A stretch of DNA of 64,000 nucleotides from Polyangiales bacterium (GCA_038231275.1 JBBRLQ010000003.1:108340-172339); one strand, 5' to 3'. Shown: positions 40,401 to 51,781, counted from the stretch's first letter. Notes: generated from the letters alone by a model not told the origin. A program made the numbers and translations.

Positions 40401-41363
40401 CGTGTGTTCGACGAACTACCGCAGTCGACGCCCGCGCGCCTCGTCGGCACGGCGCGGGTGACGGGAGCCCTCTACCTCGCCGGAGGGTTTGCGCCCGGCG
40501 ACGCACTCCTCGCGGTGCTCGAGAAGAACGGCGCCGCCCTCGCCGCGAACGAGCCCGCCGTCGCCGCATGGATCCATTTCGCCCGCGGCGCGCGCGCGCT
40601 CTGGAGCGCGGAGGTCGAGGAAGATCTGATCTCGACGCTCGCCGCGATCGAGGAGTTCACGCGCGCCGGCGATCTCCGCAACGTGTGCATGAACCAGGTC
40701 ACCGCCGGCTTCATCCTGTCGTCGATCGGCCAGCTCGAAGAGTCCGAGCGCATCCTCCGCGAGGCGCTCGACGCCGCCGATCGCATGGGCCTCCGCGCGA
40801 CCAGCCTCCTCGGCCGGCAAAATCTGGGCACCACGCTGGCGCGCCTCGGCCGGCTCGACGAGGCGCTCCTCATCGAGCAAGAGGCGCTCGAGGGATACCG
40901 AACGCAAGGGGATCACGTCTGGGAGGCGATCTCGCGCGTGTACCTGGGGCTGCTCTTGCGCCTCCAGGGAAAGCTGCCCGAGGCCGAGCGCGAGATCCGT
41001 CACGCGCTCCAGGCCGTCCGCTTCGCGCCGCCCGTCCACGCGGCCGGTCTCGGCGCGCACGCGCTCATCCTGCTCGATTTGCCCGATCCGGCGGCGGCGC
41101 GCGCGGCCGCGGAGCAGGCGATGCGCATCTTCCGCGAGGTGGGCGGCGTGCTCGAGGGCGAGTCGATGATCCGCCTGGTCTACGCGGAGTCTCTCTGGGC
41201 GACCGGAGACCAAGACGCTGCGCGCGAGGCGATCGCGGAGGCGCGCGATCGGCTGGTCGCGCGCGCCGACGCGATCAAGAAGAAGGCGTGGCGAAAATCC
41301 TTCCTCGAGCGCGTGCGCGAGAACATCCGGACCCTGGCACGCGCCGGGGAGTGGCTCCGGTAG
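37434..41363 (+). CDS. Ser/Thr protein kinase fused to a STAND-type P-loop NTPase (AAA_16-like) and TPR/helical repeats (1309 aa)
   Basis: Kinase motifs are present (GTGGMGEVF, HRDVKPSNLF, DLGIAR, GTPGYMAPEQ). A Walker A motif (APPGGGKSRLL) follows. The long helical C-terminus has TPR-like repeats. The start is GTG. Confidence 0.9.
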   Translation: MDGRLVIAERFEIEHLVGTGGMGEVFRAKDRLTGGPVAIKLLHPGMTRDQERFRREAQLLAELSHPRVVRYVAHGIASGGRPYIAMEWLEGLDLSDRLSHEGFTLDEAVTLARRAAEALGALHERGIVHRDVKPSNLFLVGSDLHSVKLLDLGIARLSTPTRPATRSGVMVGTPGYMAPEQARGAKEIDARADVFSLGCVLFECIAGRPAFVGDNAAALLAKILLDESPRILDYRKDAPPELDDLVSRMLAKHAGARPADGHAVARELAQIARGGLDSQRRSSIRALRAITGGERRLVSIVMASSILTPVETPVDLAAETLTGDTSVASLDMRSVVAPFGAKFESLADGSVVVAVTGKGSATDQAAHAARCALAIRAHMHDAHMVLATGLATVTDRTLYGDVLDRAAALLVEARRAFAQVGPDGTVKSAPLPLPVRLDETTAGLLDLRFDVEGDDLGLTLRGPRAEESPTRTLLGMATPFVGRDRELATLHGLVEECISEPVARVVLVTAPPGGGKSRLLHELLLQARNLHDNVEVWLARGDPMSEGSPFHMLAQGIRRACGSVEGEPLAVRRQKLRARVARHIEGDELTRVTEFVGELVGTPFQGDTSVQLRAARQDAMLMGDQMRRAWEDWIAAECLAQPVVIVLEDLQWGDLPSVKLIDAALRNLSELPLLVVAVARPEVHEVFPNLWSERGLQEVRLGPLVKSASDRLVRQVLPDATQEEVTRLVERSAGNAFYLEELIRAVAEGRGGELPETVLAMVEARLERLEPEGRRLLRAGSVFGQVFWRGGVAALLGQSLRASEVDEWLGELVAREILLQRRRSKFPTDAEYAFRHALVREAAYAMLTSEDRALGHKLAGEWLEEAGETDAVVLAEHFDRGGVPAHAVRWYRRAAEHALEGNDFEAATARAEGAIAAGAAGQERGALRLLQASAADWNGDTASAIRFSEEALHDLTPGTDDWYLAAGEVALASRKMGDFERVNAVGRAVRVFDELPQSTPARLVGTARVTGALYLAGGFAPGDALLAVLEKNGAALAANEPAVAAWIHFARGARALWSAEVEEDLISTLAAIEEFTRAGDLRNVCMNQVTAGFILSSIGQLEESERILREALDAADRMGLRATSLLGRQNLGTTLARLGRLDEALLIEQEALEGYRTQGDHVWEAISRVYLGLLLRLQGKLPEAEREIRHALQAVRFAPPVHAAGLGAHALILLDLPDPAAARAAAEQAMRIFREVGGVLEGESMIRLVYAESLWATGDQDAAREAIAEARDRLVARADAIKKKAWRKSFLERVRENIRTLARAGEWLR

Positions 41364-41369
41364 CGCGCG

Positions 41370-44300
41370 ATGAAGAAAGCGGAGCCGGCGATCGTGCCGC
41401 AGGGCGGAGGCCCTCCGGCCGAGACCGAGGCGGGGGGTGACGACGACGAAACGGACGCGCCGGCCGGCCTCCCGATCGTCGAGCCAACGCACTACGCGAT
41501 CATGGGGGAGATCGCGCGTGGAGGTCAGGGCCGCGTCCTCTTGGCGCGCGATCGGCGGCTCGGTCGCGAGGTCGCCCTCAAAGAGATGCTCAAGGTCTCG
41601 TCCTCGTCGGTCGGACGTTTCGTCCGCGAGGCCATGATCACCGCGCGCCTGCAGCACCCTGGCATCGTGCCCGTCCACGAGGCGGGCCGATGGCCCACCG
41701 GCGAACCGTTCTACGCCATGAAGCGCGTCTCGGGGCGTCCGCTCGACGAGCTCGTCGCCGCGGCGAAGAGCCACGAAGAGCGCCTGGCGATGCTGCCGCA
41801 CGCGATCGCGGCCGCCGACGCGATCGCGTATGCGCACGCGTCGGCCATCCTCCATCGCGACTTGAAGCCGGCGAACATCCTGGTCGGAGAGTTCGGCGAG
41901 ACGGTGGTCGTGGACTGGGGCGTGGCCAAGCGGCTCGACGAGGACGACACGCCGCTCAGCGATCTGGATCCGCTGGCCATGCAAGGCCACACGCGCGTCG
42001 GCGCGGTCGTGGGGACGCCGGCGTACATGGCGCCCGAGCAGGCCGCGGGAGGCCCCGTCGATCGTCGCGCGGACGTGTACGCGCTCGGCGCGACGCTCTA
42101 CCACGTGCTCAGTGGAGTGCCGCCCTACGCGAGCGTGAGCTCCAGCGATCCGGCGCCCCACCTCGCGGTCCTCGACGGCCCGCCGGTTCCGCTCGCGGAG
42201 CGCGCCCCCGGAGTGCCTCACGAGCTCTGCACAATCGTCGACAAGGCGATGGCGCGCCGTGCCGAGGATCGGTACCCGAGCGCGAAGGAGCTGGCCGACG
42301 ATCTCAAGCGCTTCGCCGCCGGTCAGTTGGTCGCCGCGCATCGCTATTCGACGCGCGCGCTCGTCGGGCGTTGGCTCCGCCGTCATCGCGCCGCGGCGCT
42401 GCTCACGAGCCTCTTCGTCGTCGCGCTCGCCGCGGTCGGCACACTGAGCGTCCGGCGCGTCGTAGAGGAGCGCAACGCCGCGCGCGCGCATCAACGCGCG
42501 GCGGAAGAGGCGAACCAGAGCCTCGTCGAAGCCAACGACGCGCTCAGGCTCCAGACCGCGCGTGCCGAGCTCGATCGCGATCCGACGGCGGCCGTCGCGT
42601 GGCTGAAGACGTACCCGGCCACCGCGCCCGAGCAGCGCGCGGCCGGTGCCATCGCGCATGACGCATGGACACGGGGGGTCGCGCGCCACGTCTTCTCCCG
42701 CGACGAGCCCCTGCTCGCGGTCGCCATGTCGCCCGACGAGCGGCACCTCGCAGTCACGGGCCGCGCCAGCCTCACGCTCTACGATCTCGCCACCGGCGTC
42801 GGGCGCACGTTCGCGGCCACGGAGGGAGTGGGCGTCGATGCCGTCTTCTCGCCCGACGGAAAGACCCTGTGGACGAGCGCCGGTCACGTGCTCCTCCTCT
42901 GGAACGTCGGGACCGGAGCCTCGCGGCGCATCGACGTGGGCCGCGAGGCAGGAGTCCTGGAGCTCACGGGCGACGGTCGCTTCCTGCTTGCCCGCGACGT
43001 CCAGCATCGAACGGTGACGCTCCGCGACGTCGTGGGCGACAGGGAGGTGCCTCTGCCCGCCGAGGCCGTTACCGGCGCGTTCCTCCCGGACGGAAAGACC
43101 GTGGCGATCGCGACGGGCACAGCGCTCTTCTTCCAGCCGCTCGGCGGCGGCCCACCGGTTCGCGCCGCGACGCTCGCGTCCGCCTCCTCGCCCAAGGACG
43201 TGCGTGTCTCGGGCGATGGTCGGCTCCTCGCCGTGTCCTCCGACGTCGGGATCGACGTCTACGACGCACGCGGCGCGCTCGTCCGCCACCTTCGCGCGCC
43301 AAACTTCCAGCCCTCGATGCGCGGGCTCCTCTTGGACAAAAGCGACCGCGTCATGTCGTGCAGCCGGCTCGGGCAGGTGTGGGTCTGGAGCGTCGCGTCG
43401 GGGGAGTCGCACGTCCTCGGTGAGGCGAGCTCGCCGTGCTCGGAGATGCGCCTCGCCCCCGACGGCGTGAGCCTCGTGATGCCCGGCGTCGCGAACCAAG
43501 TTCAGGTCTGGGATCTCGTGGGCGGTGGGCTCCGGCGCCTCTTCGGTCACTCCGCGACCGTCAATCGGATCGCGATGTCGTCGAGCGGCGGATGGGTCGC
43601 GTCGGTGTCCGGTGACCAAACGGCGCGCGTCTGGCGGCTCGGCGAAGGGGACTTGCGCGTCCTTCACGGCGTCACGTCGCACTCGCGCCTGGCCGCCGAT
43701 CGCTACGTGCTCACGGCGGAAAAATCATCGCACGCGCTCGAGCGGATCGATCTCCGCACCGGCGACACCAAGACGGTGAGCGGTCCGCGTCCGCTCTCGT
43801 GGGGAACGGCGACGTGGCTCAGCCCGGACGGCGAGGTCGCCGTGTACGCCGACGACACCGAGCAAATCTGGCGGTGGGACGCTGCGAGCAACACCGCTCG
43901 ACGCTGGTTTCGGTACGTGCGCCCGGGCGCACGGCACGTCGCGCACGATCTCTCCCCGGACGGCCGCTTCTTCGTGGGCGCCTCCACCGATTTCTCCGTC
44001 GTGCTCGTCGACCTCCAGACGATGGCGCAGCGCGAGCTCGGGCGGCACGACGCCATTCCCGAGGCCGTCAAATTCTCGCCCGATGGAAAGCTGGTGGCGT
44101 CCGCGGCGCGCGATCGGCTCGTTCGGGTCTGGGACCTCGAGAAGGGAACGTCGCGTGCGTTCGCGGGCCATACGGCGTTCTTGTGGGACGTCTCGTTCTC
44201 GTCGGACCGCCGGCACGTCGCGTCGGCAGGAGCGGACTCGACGATTCGCGTGTGGGACCTCGCGAGTGGAGAATCGCAGGTCCTTCGAGGCCACACCTCC

Positions 44301-44621
44301 ACGGTCGTGTCGATCGACTACCACCCCGACGGCAAGCGGCTGGTCAGCGTTTCCGACGACGGTACCGCCCGCATTTGGGACGTCGCCACCGGCGACAACG
44401 AGATCGTGCGCCGTGAGCATGCCGTCCTCTATTACGCGGCGTACTCGGCAGACGGCCGCTACGTGTCGAGCACCGCCACCGACTCCGCCACGGCGGTGTG
44501 GGATCCCGCGGTGACGCCGGTGTTTGAGCGCGATCCGGCCGCCCTTCGACGATGGTTCGATCGCATCTCGTCGGCCACGGTCGGCGCCGATGGCCGCGTG
44601 AGCACGCCGTCTCTTCCGTGA
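41370..44621 (+). CDS. Ser/Thr protein kinase - TM helix - WD40 beta-propeller protein (1083 aa)
   Basis: Kinase motifs are present (HRDLKPANILV, DWGVAK, GTPAYMAPEQ). There is one TM helix (AAALLTSLFVVALAAVGTL). Multiple WD40 repeats follow (GHTAFLWDVSFSSDRRHVASAGADSTIRVWDL and others). It starts 6 nt after the previous stop. Confidence 0.9.
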   Translation: MKKAEPAIVPQGGGPPAETEAGGDDDETDAPAGLPIVEPTHYAIMGEIARGGQGRVLLARDRRLGREVALKEMLKVSSSSVGRFVREAMITARLQHPGIVPVHEAGRWPTGEPFYAMKRVSGRPLDELVAAAKSHEERLAMLPHAIAAADAIAYAHASAILHRDLKPANILVGEFGETVVVDWGVAKRLDEDDTPLSDLDPLAMQGHTRVGAVVGTPAYMAPEQAAGGPVDRRADVYALGATLYHVLSGVPPYASVSSSDPAPHLAVLDGPPVPLAERAPGVPHELCTIVDKAMARRAEDRYPSAKELADDLKRFAAGQLVAAHRYSTRALVGRWLRRHRAAALLTSLFVVALAAVGTLSVRRVVEERNAARAHQRAAEEANQSLVEANDALRLQTARAELDRDPTAAVAWLKTYPATAPEQRAAGAIAHDAWTRGVARHVFSRDEPLLAVAMSPDERHLAVTGRASLTLYDLATGVGRTFAATEGVGVDAVFSPDGKTLWTSAGHVLLLWNVGTGASRRIDVGREAGVLELTGDGRFLLARDVQHRTVTLRDVVGDREVPLPAEAVTGAFLPDGKTVAIATGTALFFQPLGGGPPVRAATLASASSPKDVRVSGDGRLLAVSSDVGIDVYDARGALVRHLRAPNFQPSMRGLLLDKSDRVMSCSRLGQVWVWSVASGESHVLGEASSPCSEMRLAPDGVSLVMPGVANQVQVWDLVGGGLRRLFGHSATVNRIAMSSSGGWVASVSGDQTARVWRLGEGDLRVLHGVTSHSRLAADRYVLTAEKSSHALERIDLRTGDTKTVSGPRPLSWGTATWLSPDGEVAVYADDTEQIWRWDAASNTARRWFRYVRPGARHVAHDLSPDGRFFVGASTDFSVVLVDLQTMAQRELGRHDAIPEAVKFSPDGKLVASAARDRLVRVWDLEKGTSRAFAGHTAFLWDVSFSSDRRHVASAGADSTIRVWDLASGESQVLRGHTSTVVSIDYHPDGKRLVSVSDDGTARIWDVATGDNEIVRREHAVLYYAAYSADGRYVSSTATDSATAVWDPAVTPVFERDPAALRRWFDRISSATVGADGRVSTPSLP

Positions 44622-44678
44622 CGCGGCTGGCGAGCACGCTCGCATCGATCGCAGGCGGATGTTCTTCGACGCTACGCA

Positions 44679-46028
<1,350 letters not shown>

Positions 46029-46078
46029 TCATCAGGCCGATCGTCCGGCCGATTGCCAGCCCGATCACCCGCTAGCCG

Positions 46079-47005
46079 CTACGGTGAGTCCGCGCAGCAG
46101 CGGACGCCTTGCTGGTAGAATACATGCATCTCGCCGTGCGCCCGAGTCGACGGTCGGCAGCGCGTGCGGACCGGTCCCCAGTACCCTCCCTTGAGGATGC
46201 TCGGCCTGCCCCCTTGCGAGCTTCGGGTCCACTCGTCCACGTTGCCGGTCATGTCATAGACGCCGAACACGCTCTTGCACGCCGGGCGCGCGCCGCTCGC
46301 CTCGCCCTGCCACAGCTTGTCGAGCTCGCGCATCATCGGCTGGCCGTCGCGCTGCGCGAAGGCCACTGGGTTGTAAGGCTTCCACGTCGCGTCGATGACG
46401 CAAGAGGTCGTGTCGCGCGTGTAGCCGTCGCCGTACGGGTAGGGCCGCGCCTCTTCGCCTTCGCAGGCGAAGGTCCACTCGTTCTCCGTGCACAGGCGCT
46501 TGCTCACCGACTTGCAGAGATCGCCGGCCTCCACCCAGTTGATGAGAATGAGCGGGTATTCCCCCTTCTTGTTGGGAAACTCGTAGCGATCGATGCAGTA
46601 GTGCATGTCGCGCGTCGGGAAATTTTTCGACGCGGCGAGCCACTTGTCGCGATCGAACGTGGCGCAGCGCTCCGGGAAGTCGCGGCTGATCCATTTCGAG
46701 CAGACGACCTTTTGCTGCTCGTCCATCAGGTTCGCGATCTTCATCTTGCCGCGGACTTCAATCATCCCGGCCGCGCACGCGCCGCGGTTGCCTTCGGCGG
46801 CATCGGTGACCGCGCTGTCCTCGCCGGGCGGCGAGACGATCTGCCAGTGCTTGCCGAGGACGTAGCGCCAGTCGAAGCGCGGCGGCGCGAGCTTCGCGGC
46901 CGCAGCGGAGTGACCTCCGGTCGACCACGCGAGCGCGCCGAGACCCACCGCGAAGGCGATCAGCGCTCCGCCACGCCGTCCGACGAGAACAGAAAGGTCC
47001 ACCAT
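46079..47005 (-). CDS. formylglycine-generating enzyme (SUMF1/EgtB/PvdO) family protein, membrane-anchored
   Basis: It has an N-terminal TM anchor. FGE-sulfatase-type motifs are present (YCIDRYEFPN, RLCTENEWTFACEG, GVYDMTGNVDEWT, KGGYWG). Confidence 0.85.
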   Translation of the reverse strand: MVDLSVLVGRRGGALIAFAVGLGALAWSTGGHSAAAAKLAPPRFDWRYVLGKHWQIVSPPGEDSAVTDAAEGNRGACAAGMIEVRGKMKIANLMDEQQKVVCSKWISRDFPERCATFDRDKWLAASKNFPTRDMHYCIDRYEFPNKKGEYPLILINWVEAGDLCKSVSKRLCTENEWTFACEGEEARPYPYGDGYTRDTTSCVIDATWKPYNPVAFAQRDGQPMMRELDKLWQGEASGARPACKSVFGVYDMTGNVDEWTRSSQGGRPSILKGGYWGPVRTRCRPSTRAHGEMHVFYQQGVRCCADSP

Positions 47006-47106
47006 CCTACGATACGGTCCACGCTAGGACGTCCTCCCCACGGTTTCCAGGGGCGGCGGTCGCGCCTGCCCTCCCACCCGTTAGAATCCGAGAAAGCGCA
47101 GCGATT

Positions 47107-47712
47107 TCACGTCGCCGCCGCGATGAACGCGGTCAAGAGAGAGAGTCGCGCCTCGTCGGCCTTCGGATCGTCGGACACGAACCGGTGCATGCTCTCGCCG
47201 TCGAAGACCGCGAGGATCGTCTCGACGAGGAGGCCGAAGCGATCGCCGAGGCGCGCGGCGACGTCGGGGAGCAGCTGCCGCGCGAGCGCTTCGATGCGCA
47301 CGTAGTACGCCTTCGCGGCGGGCTCGAGCGCGCGCCGGAGCTTCTCGTGCGTGCGCGCGGCGACGGCGAGCTCGTACCAGGCCTGGTTCGCGCGCGAGCG
47401 ACAGTGCGAGCGCACGAGGCGCAGCGCGAGGAGGAGCGAGTCCTCCGAGCCGCGCGATTCGTCGAACTCGCCGCGGTAGCTCTCGAGCGTCTGGCGCCCG
47501 ATGTCCTCGCCGACCGCGACCATCAGCGCTTCACGCGTGGGAAAGTGCCGGAAGAGGGCTCCTTGCGAGACCCCTGCGCGAAGGCAGATGGTCTGGACGC
47601 TCGCGTCAGCGTAGCCCACGTCGATGAGCGTGGCGGCGGCGGCGTCGAGGAGTTTGCGGATCGTCGAGGTGCGACGCTCCTCTTGGGTCCGTCGCGTCGG
47701 TGCCGCCGTCAC
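47107..47712 (-). CDS. TetR-family transcriptional regulator
   Basis: TetR HTH is present (TICLRAGVSQGALFRHFPTREAL). The GTG start overlaps the stop of the upstream amidohydrolase (GTGA at 47709-47712). The rest of track ORF 47107-48228 is an out-of-gene extension. Confidence 0.85.
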   Translation of the reverse strand: MTAAPTRRTQEERRTSTIRKLLDAAAATLIDVGYADASVQTICLRAGVSQGALFRHFPTREALMVAVGEDIGRQTLESYRGEFDESRGSEDSLLLALRLVRSHCRSRANQAWYELAVAARTHEKLRRALEPAAKAYYVRIEALARQLLPDVAARLGDRFGLLVETILAVFDGESMHRFVSDDPKADEARLSLLTAFIAAAT

Positions 47713-49529
47713 GCCGCCTCCGCGTCCGCGGTCTTGTTCGTTGCCTTCGTCGTGGCGTCGAGCACGCCGGCGGCGGACTTCACTCCCGCCGCGAGGAACT
47801 GGCCGTACGCGCGCTCCTTGCCGAGCCCGTCCGCGAACGCGCCTCCTTCGAACGCGACGTTCCCGTTCACGAGCACCGCCTGCACGGCCCCGTCGCTGCG
47901 GTTCACCATGCGCATGAGATCGCCGAACCCCTCCATCGGCGCCTCGTGGTACGCGTCGAGGCGCGCGTCGAGGGCCTCCGGATCGATCACGACGAGATCC
48001 GCGCGATCGCCGACGCGGAGCCGACCGGCGTCGACGCCGAGCCACGCGCCGAGCTCCCCGGTCAGGCGATGCACCGCGCGCTCGAGCGGCATGATGGGCG
48101 TGCCGGCGCGCTCGGCGTCGCGAACGGCGCGGAGCATTCGCAACGGCGCGCTGTAAAACGCCATGTTCCGGATGTGCGCGCCGGAGTCGGCGAATCCGAT
48201 GAGCGCGCACGGTTGGCTCATCATCCACGCGATCTCCTTCGGCCGATGGTTCGCGATGAGCGTGTGCCAGCGCACCTTCTTCCCGTATTTCACGACGAGA
48301 TCGAGGAACAGATCCGCCGCGTGAATTTCGCGCTCTTTGGCGATGTCGCCGAACGATCGTCCCACCAGCGCAGCGTCGGGGCAGGCGTCGATATGCGCGT
48401 CGAAGAAATCACGGTGCCAGACGCGCGGCGTGAACTTCTTCTCGTAGTCGCGTCGGAACCACCGCCGGTACGACTCCTCCTTCATGAGCGCGTTGCGTTC
48501 GACCTCGCCCGCGAGGTGAAGTGCCGCGCGCCCGGAGCCGAACTCTTCGAACACCACGAGATCGATCCCGTCGGCGTAGATGTGGAACGGCACTGGCAGC
48601 GTCTGCCAGCGAACGTCGCTCCCGAAGAGGCGGTTGAACGTGCGCGTGACGTACGCGATGACGCGGTGCAGTCCCGGCGTGGCCTTGCCGTCGGCGAGCG
48701 TGAGCAGCGTCGTCTTGAGGGACTTTCGCGCGAAGAAGCTGGCGCTCGCCATCACGAAGAGGAGAAAGTTCAGCACGGTGACGAGGTTCGGCGCCGACTG
48801 CAGGATGCGCCCCCGCGCGCGCAGCATTTTGTTGAGCCGCCGGTACTCGCCCCAGGTCGCGTACGTCGAGGGGAGCTGGGCGGAGCGGTAGCGATCGCCG
48901 TCGAGCTTGTCCCAGGGGTTGGTCATCGTCGACAGGCCGAGCATTCCGTGGTCGAGCGCCTCGCCGAGCCAGCGCTCCATCTCCACGAGCTCGCTCTCGC
49001 TCGGTCGCGCGTCCGAGTCGACGGCGCGTCCGAGCCCCATCACGCGCGCGCGAAGATCCGAGTGGCCGAGGAACGCGGTGACGTTCGCACCGAGCGGCAG
49101 ACCCCGAAGGAACGAGACATACTCGCCGGGCGTGGCCCACGTCTTCTTCGCGCGGAGGAGCGGGAGGACCTGCGCGCGCGGCACCGCCTCGACGCGCGTG
49201 AACAGATCCGAGCAGTCTTCGGCGTCGGCCAGGACGGTGCTGATCGAGCAGCTCCCGATCGTCACGGTCGTCACGCCGTGGCGAATGGACTCGGAGAGCG
49301 ACGGCGCCGCGAGGATCTCCGCGTCGTAGTGCGTGTGGCAATCGACGAAGCCCGGGGTGATCCACTTGCCGGTCGCGTCGATGACCTTCGCGCCGTCGGT
49401 CTCGAGCGGCGCCGGGCTAATGGACACCACGCGGCCGCCTTTGATGCCGAGGTTCCGAACGGAGCCTGGCGCGCCGGTGCCGTCGAAGAAGAGGCCGCCC
49501 ACCAAAACGACGTCGTACCGCATCACCAA
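47709..49529 (-). CDS. N-acyl-D-amino-acid deacylase (D-aminoacylase) family amidohydrolase
   Basis: The family-typical N-terminus reads YDVVLVGGLFFDGTG...KWITPGFVDCHTHYD (HxH metal site). It is about 600 aa. The start may be 49523. Confidence 0.88.
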   Translation of the reverse strand: MVMRYDVVLVGGLFFDGTGAPGSVRNLGIKGGRVVSISPAPLETDGAKVIDATGKWITPGFVDCHTHYDAEILAAPSLSESIRHGVTTVTIGSCSISTVLADAEDCSDLFTRVEAVPRAQVLPLLRAKKTWATPGEYVSFLRGLPLGANVTAFLGHSDLRARVMGLGRAVDSDARPSESELVEMERWLGEALDHGMLGLSTMTNPWDKLDGDRYRSAQLPSTYATWGEYRRLNKMLRARGRILQSAPNLVTVLNFLLFVMASASFFARKSLKTTLLTLADGKATPGLHRVIAYVTRTFNRLFGSDVRWQTLPVPFHIYADGIDLVVFEEFGSGRAALHLAGEVERNALMKEESYRRWFRRDYEKKFTPRVWHRDFFDAHIDACPDAALVGRSFGDIAKEREIHAADLFLDLVVKYGKKVRWHTLIANHRPKEIAWMMSQPCALIGFADSGAHIRNMAFYSAPLRMLRAVRDAERAGTPIMPLERAVHRLTGELGAWLGVDAGRLRVGDRADLVVIDPEALDARLDAYHEAPMEGFGDLMRMVNRSDGAVQAVLVNGNVAFEGGAFADGLGKERAYGQFLAAGVKSAAGVLDATTKATNKTADAEAA

Positions 49530-49625
49530 TGTCTTACATAGAAAGAGAGTAATCGCAATCTATGTTGGATAAATGATTCGCAACTATCGGAAAGAGGACG
49601 CTTTATCCCAGGACCCCGGCGTCCC

Positions 49626-50753
49626 TTACGGCGCGCACGCGGCGACGAACGGTTTGATCGTCCCGTCGGCGAGCAAGCGATTGCACGCCTTGGGGCAGAG
49701 GTGAACGCGATCGTTCGTCGGCGCCGGGTACCACTCGTCCGCCGCCGTGCACGCGGCCGCGTTCGCGACGCCCGCGGTCGGGAGCTGCGCGCTGCTGGTC
49801 TCCAAGTAGAGGAGGCCCTTCGTGAGGTCGGCGGGTTTGCCCCCCACGAGCGGCAACCGCACGAGGCACGCGAGCTCGTCGCGGATCGACACGAGCGCGG
49901 CGAGCATGCTCGCAGGCGTCGGCGGGACCTGCGCGAACGCCGCGTCCGTACCGCCGACCTGGGCGATCGGGTTCATGAACTGGATGACGTCGCTGGGCAT
50001 CTCGGTGATGCCGACGAAGAACGTCCGGATGGGCGGCGTGCCTTGCGCGTACGGGGCGACGATCGACTCGATCTCCGCCGCGGTCATGAGGCACGCCGTC
50101 GGCGTCGAGTCGGCAATGAAGACGAACGCCGTCTCGCGCGCCGGCGCGGCTACCTTGGCGGCCTTCGTCGCCTGGAGCGCGCCCGTGATCATCGCGGACC
50201 ACGGCGACTGCCCCAGCGGCCCGAGCGGGGCCAGGAACGTGGTGATCGCCGCGCCGGTGCCGCCGCCGAGCCTCCCCATGGGCACGGGGGGCGTCGCGAA
50301 GGGGCCCGAGGTGCAGCCGGCTTCGGCGCCCTGGTCGGGGTGAGTACCCGCCATCGCGTAGACGCCGGCGGACAGCGGATCGGCGACGAACGAATCGACG
50401 GCGCCCCGCTCCACCTGGTACCGCGTGCCCGCTTCCGGTAGCGGCTGCATCATGCTCCCCGACGTGTCGACGGCCAGGTAAATCTGCGCCTCGAGCAACG
50501 TCGCGGGGAACGCGCCGATGACGCACCCCGGCGGCGCATCGAACGGCGGCGTCACCACGTCCGAGACGACACCACCGTCGTTCGAGGTGGCGCCATCCGG
50601 AGGAAGGCTCCCGTCCGGAGTCGTGCCATCGAGCTCTGTCCCGGCGTCGTCGAATGTTCCCAGCGTGCGATCGCCGAGGCTCGCGATGATCGCGCACGAC
50701 ACGGTCGAGAGCGCCGCGAGGCCCGACGCCCAGAAGAGGAGAGGACCTCGCAT
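49626..50753 (-). CDS. secreted vWA-domain protein
   Basis: It has a signal peptide (MRGPLLFWASGLAALSTVSCA) and a MIDAS motif (LAVDTSGSM). The start ATG shares one base with the upstream stop (TGATG). Confidence 0.7.
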   Translation of the reverse strand: MRGPLLFWASGLAALSTVSCAIIASLGDRTLGTFDDAGTELDGTTPDGSLPPDGATSNDGGVVSDVVTPPFDAPPGCVIGAFPATLLEAQIYLAVDTSGSMMQPLPEAGTRYQVERGAVDSFVADPLSAGVYAMAGTHPDQGAEAGCTSGPFATPPVPMGRLGGGTGAAITTFLAPLGPLGQSPWSAMITGALQATKAAKVAAPARETAFVFIADSTPTACLMTAAEIESIVAPYAQGTPPIRTFFVGITEMPSDVIQFMNPIAQVGGTDAAFAQVPPTPASMLAALVSIRDELACLVRLPLVGGKPADLTKGLLYLETSSAQLPTAGVANAAACTAADEWYPAPTNDRVHLCPKACNRLLADGTIKPFVAACAP

Positions 50754-51781
50754 CAGAACCCTCCCGCGAGGACGACGCCGCCGAGCGTCGGCGCGGCGCG
50801 CAGAGCGGTTGTGCTCTTTTTCGCGCCGAACGAGGTGATGACGAAGAACGCGCCCGCGCCGAGCGCGGCGGCGCCGATGGCGAACGCGACCGTCGAGATC
50901 GTCGCCGACGTGTGCGCCTTGTCGTTCAAGCGGACTCCTTCGGCATCGCAGAACGTGCCCACGCAGTGCGGATCGCGCGCGTCGCGCTGCTTGAAGGTGT
51001 CGATGCCGAAGTACGCGCCGAGGCCGATGGCGACGATCCCGACGCCGCCGAGCGCGTAGCCGGTGGGGCGCTGCCACGCGGCGGGCTTGGTGGTGAACGG
51101 CTCGAGTTTTGGCGGCGGAGTCGGACCGGGAGGCGTCGCGGCGCCCGGAACGGGCGGCACGACACCGGGCACAGCGGGATGCTCTTCGGGCAGCTCCGCT
51201 TTGAACGTCTGCGTTCCCGGCTGCGGCGCGACCTTCCACGTCACCGTGTGCGCGGCCTGGCCCGGCGCGGAGGTCTCGACGACGTGATCGCCCGGCTCGA
51301 TCGGCCGCGCCTTGGCGAGATCCGCCGCCGCGAGCGATGCGCCGTCGACCTTGAGCACGTACCCCGCGGGGAGCGCCGACACGTCGTACGACGCGCGCGT
51401 GATCTGAGGCTCGAGGCGCGCGAGCGCGTCGCTCGCGAATTTGAGGCGCTCGCGGTCGTCCTTGGTCTTCGCCTTCGCCATGAGCTCGACGAGCTGCTCG
51501 TACTCGCGTGCGGCGGTAGCGACCTTGCGATCCTTCTCGTGGCAGGCCGCGAGGTTGAGGAGCGCACCCGGCGCGGGATCGAGCGTGTAGCTCTCCCCGA
51601 ACTTCGCGCACGCCTCGGTCACGCTGCCCGCCTGCATCAGCGCCTGCGCCGCGCGGAACAGCGCATCGGCGCGCGCGACCTCCTCCTTCGTCGGATCGGC
51701 GAGCGCGGGCGAGGCGACGCACATCGCGACGCACGCCGCGGCGACGGCGCCGCGAAGGGAACGGCCCGCGCGTGTGCTCAC
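50753..51781 (-). CDS. exported TPR-like / beta-sandwich protein with two C-terminal TM helices
   Basis: It has a signal peptide (…AAACVAMCVASPALA). A helical TPR-like segment is followed by a PEGA-like segment (GYVLKVDG...GDHVVE). TM helices are present (GYALGGVGIVAIGLGAYFGI, ISTVAFAIGAAALGAGAFFVI). The GTG start overlaps the kinase stop (GTGA at 51778-51781). Confidence 0.6.
   Translation of the reverse strand: MSTRAGRSLRGAVAAACVAMCVASPALADPTKEEVARADALFRAAQALMQAGSVTEACAKFGESYTLDPAPGALLNLAACHEKDRKVATAAREYEQLVELMAKAKTKDDRERLKFASDALARLEPQITRASYDVSALPAGYVLKVDGASLAAADLAKARPIEPGDHVVETSAPGQAAHTVTWKVAPQPGTQTFKAELPEEHPAVPGVVPPVPGAATPPGPTPPPKLEPFTTKPAAWQRPTGYALGGVGIVAIGLGAYFGIDTFKQRDARDPHCVGTFCDAEGVRLNDKAHTSATISTVAFAIGAAALGAGAFFVITSFGAKKSTTALRAAPTLGGVVLAGGF

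Noticed and set aside
40416-43682. 1088-aa antisense ORF across the two large kinase genes, and similarly 53668-57336 (1222 aa) antisense to the FecR-VIT-vWA gene
   Set aside because: The translations are Arg-rich nonsense mirroring the codon bias of bona fide genes on the other strand, and no domain is recognisable.
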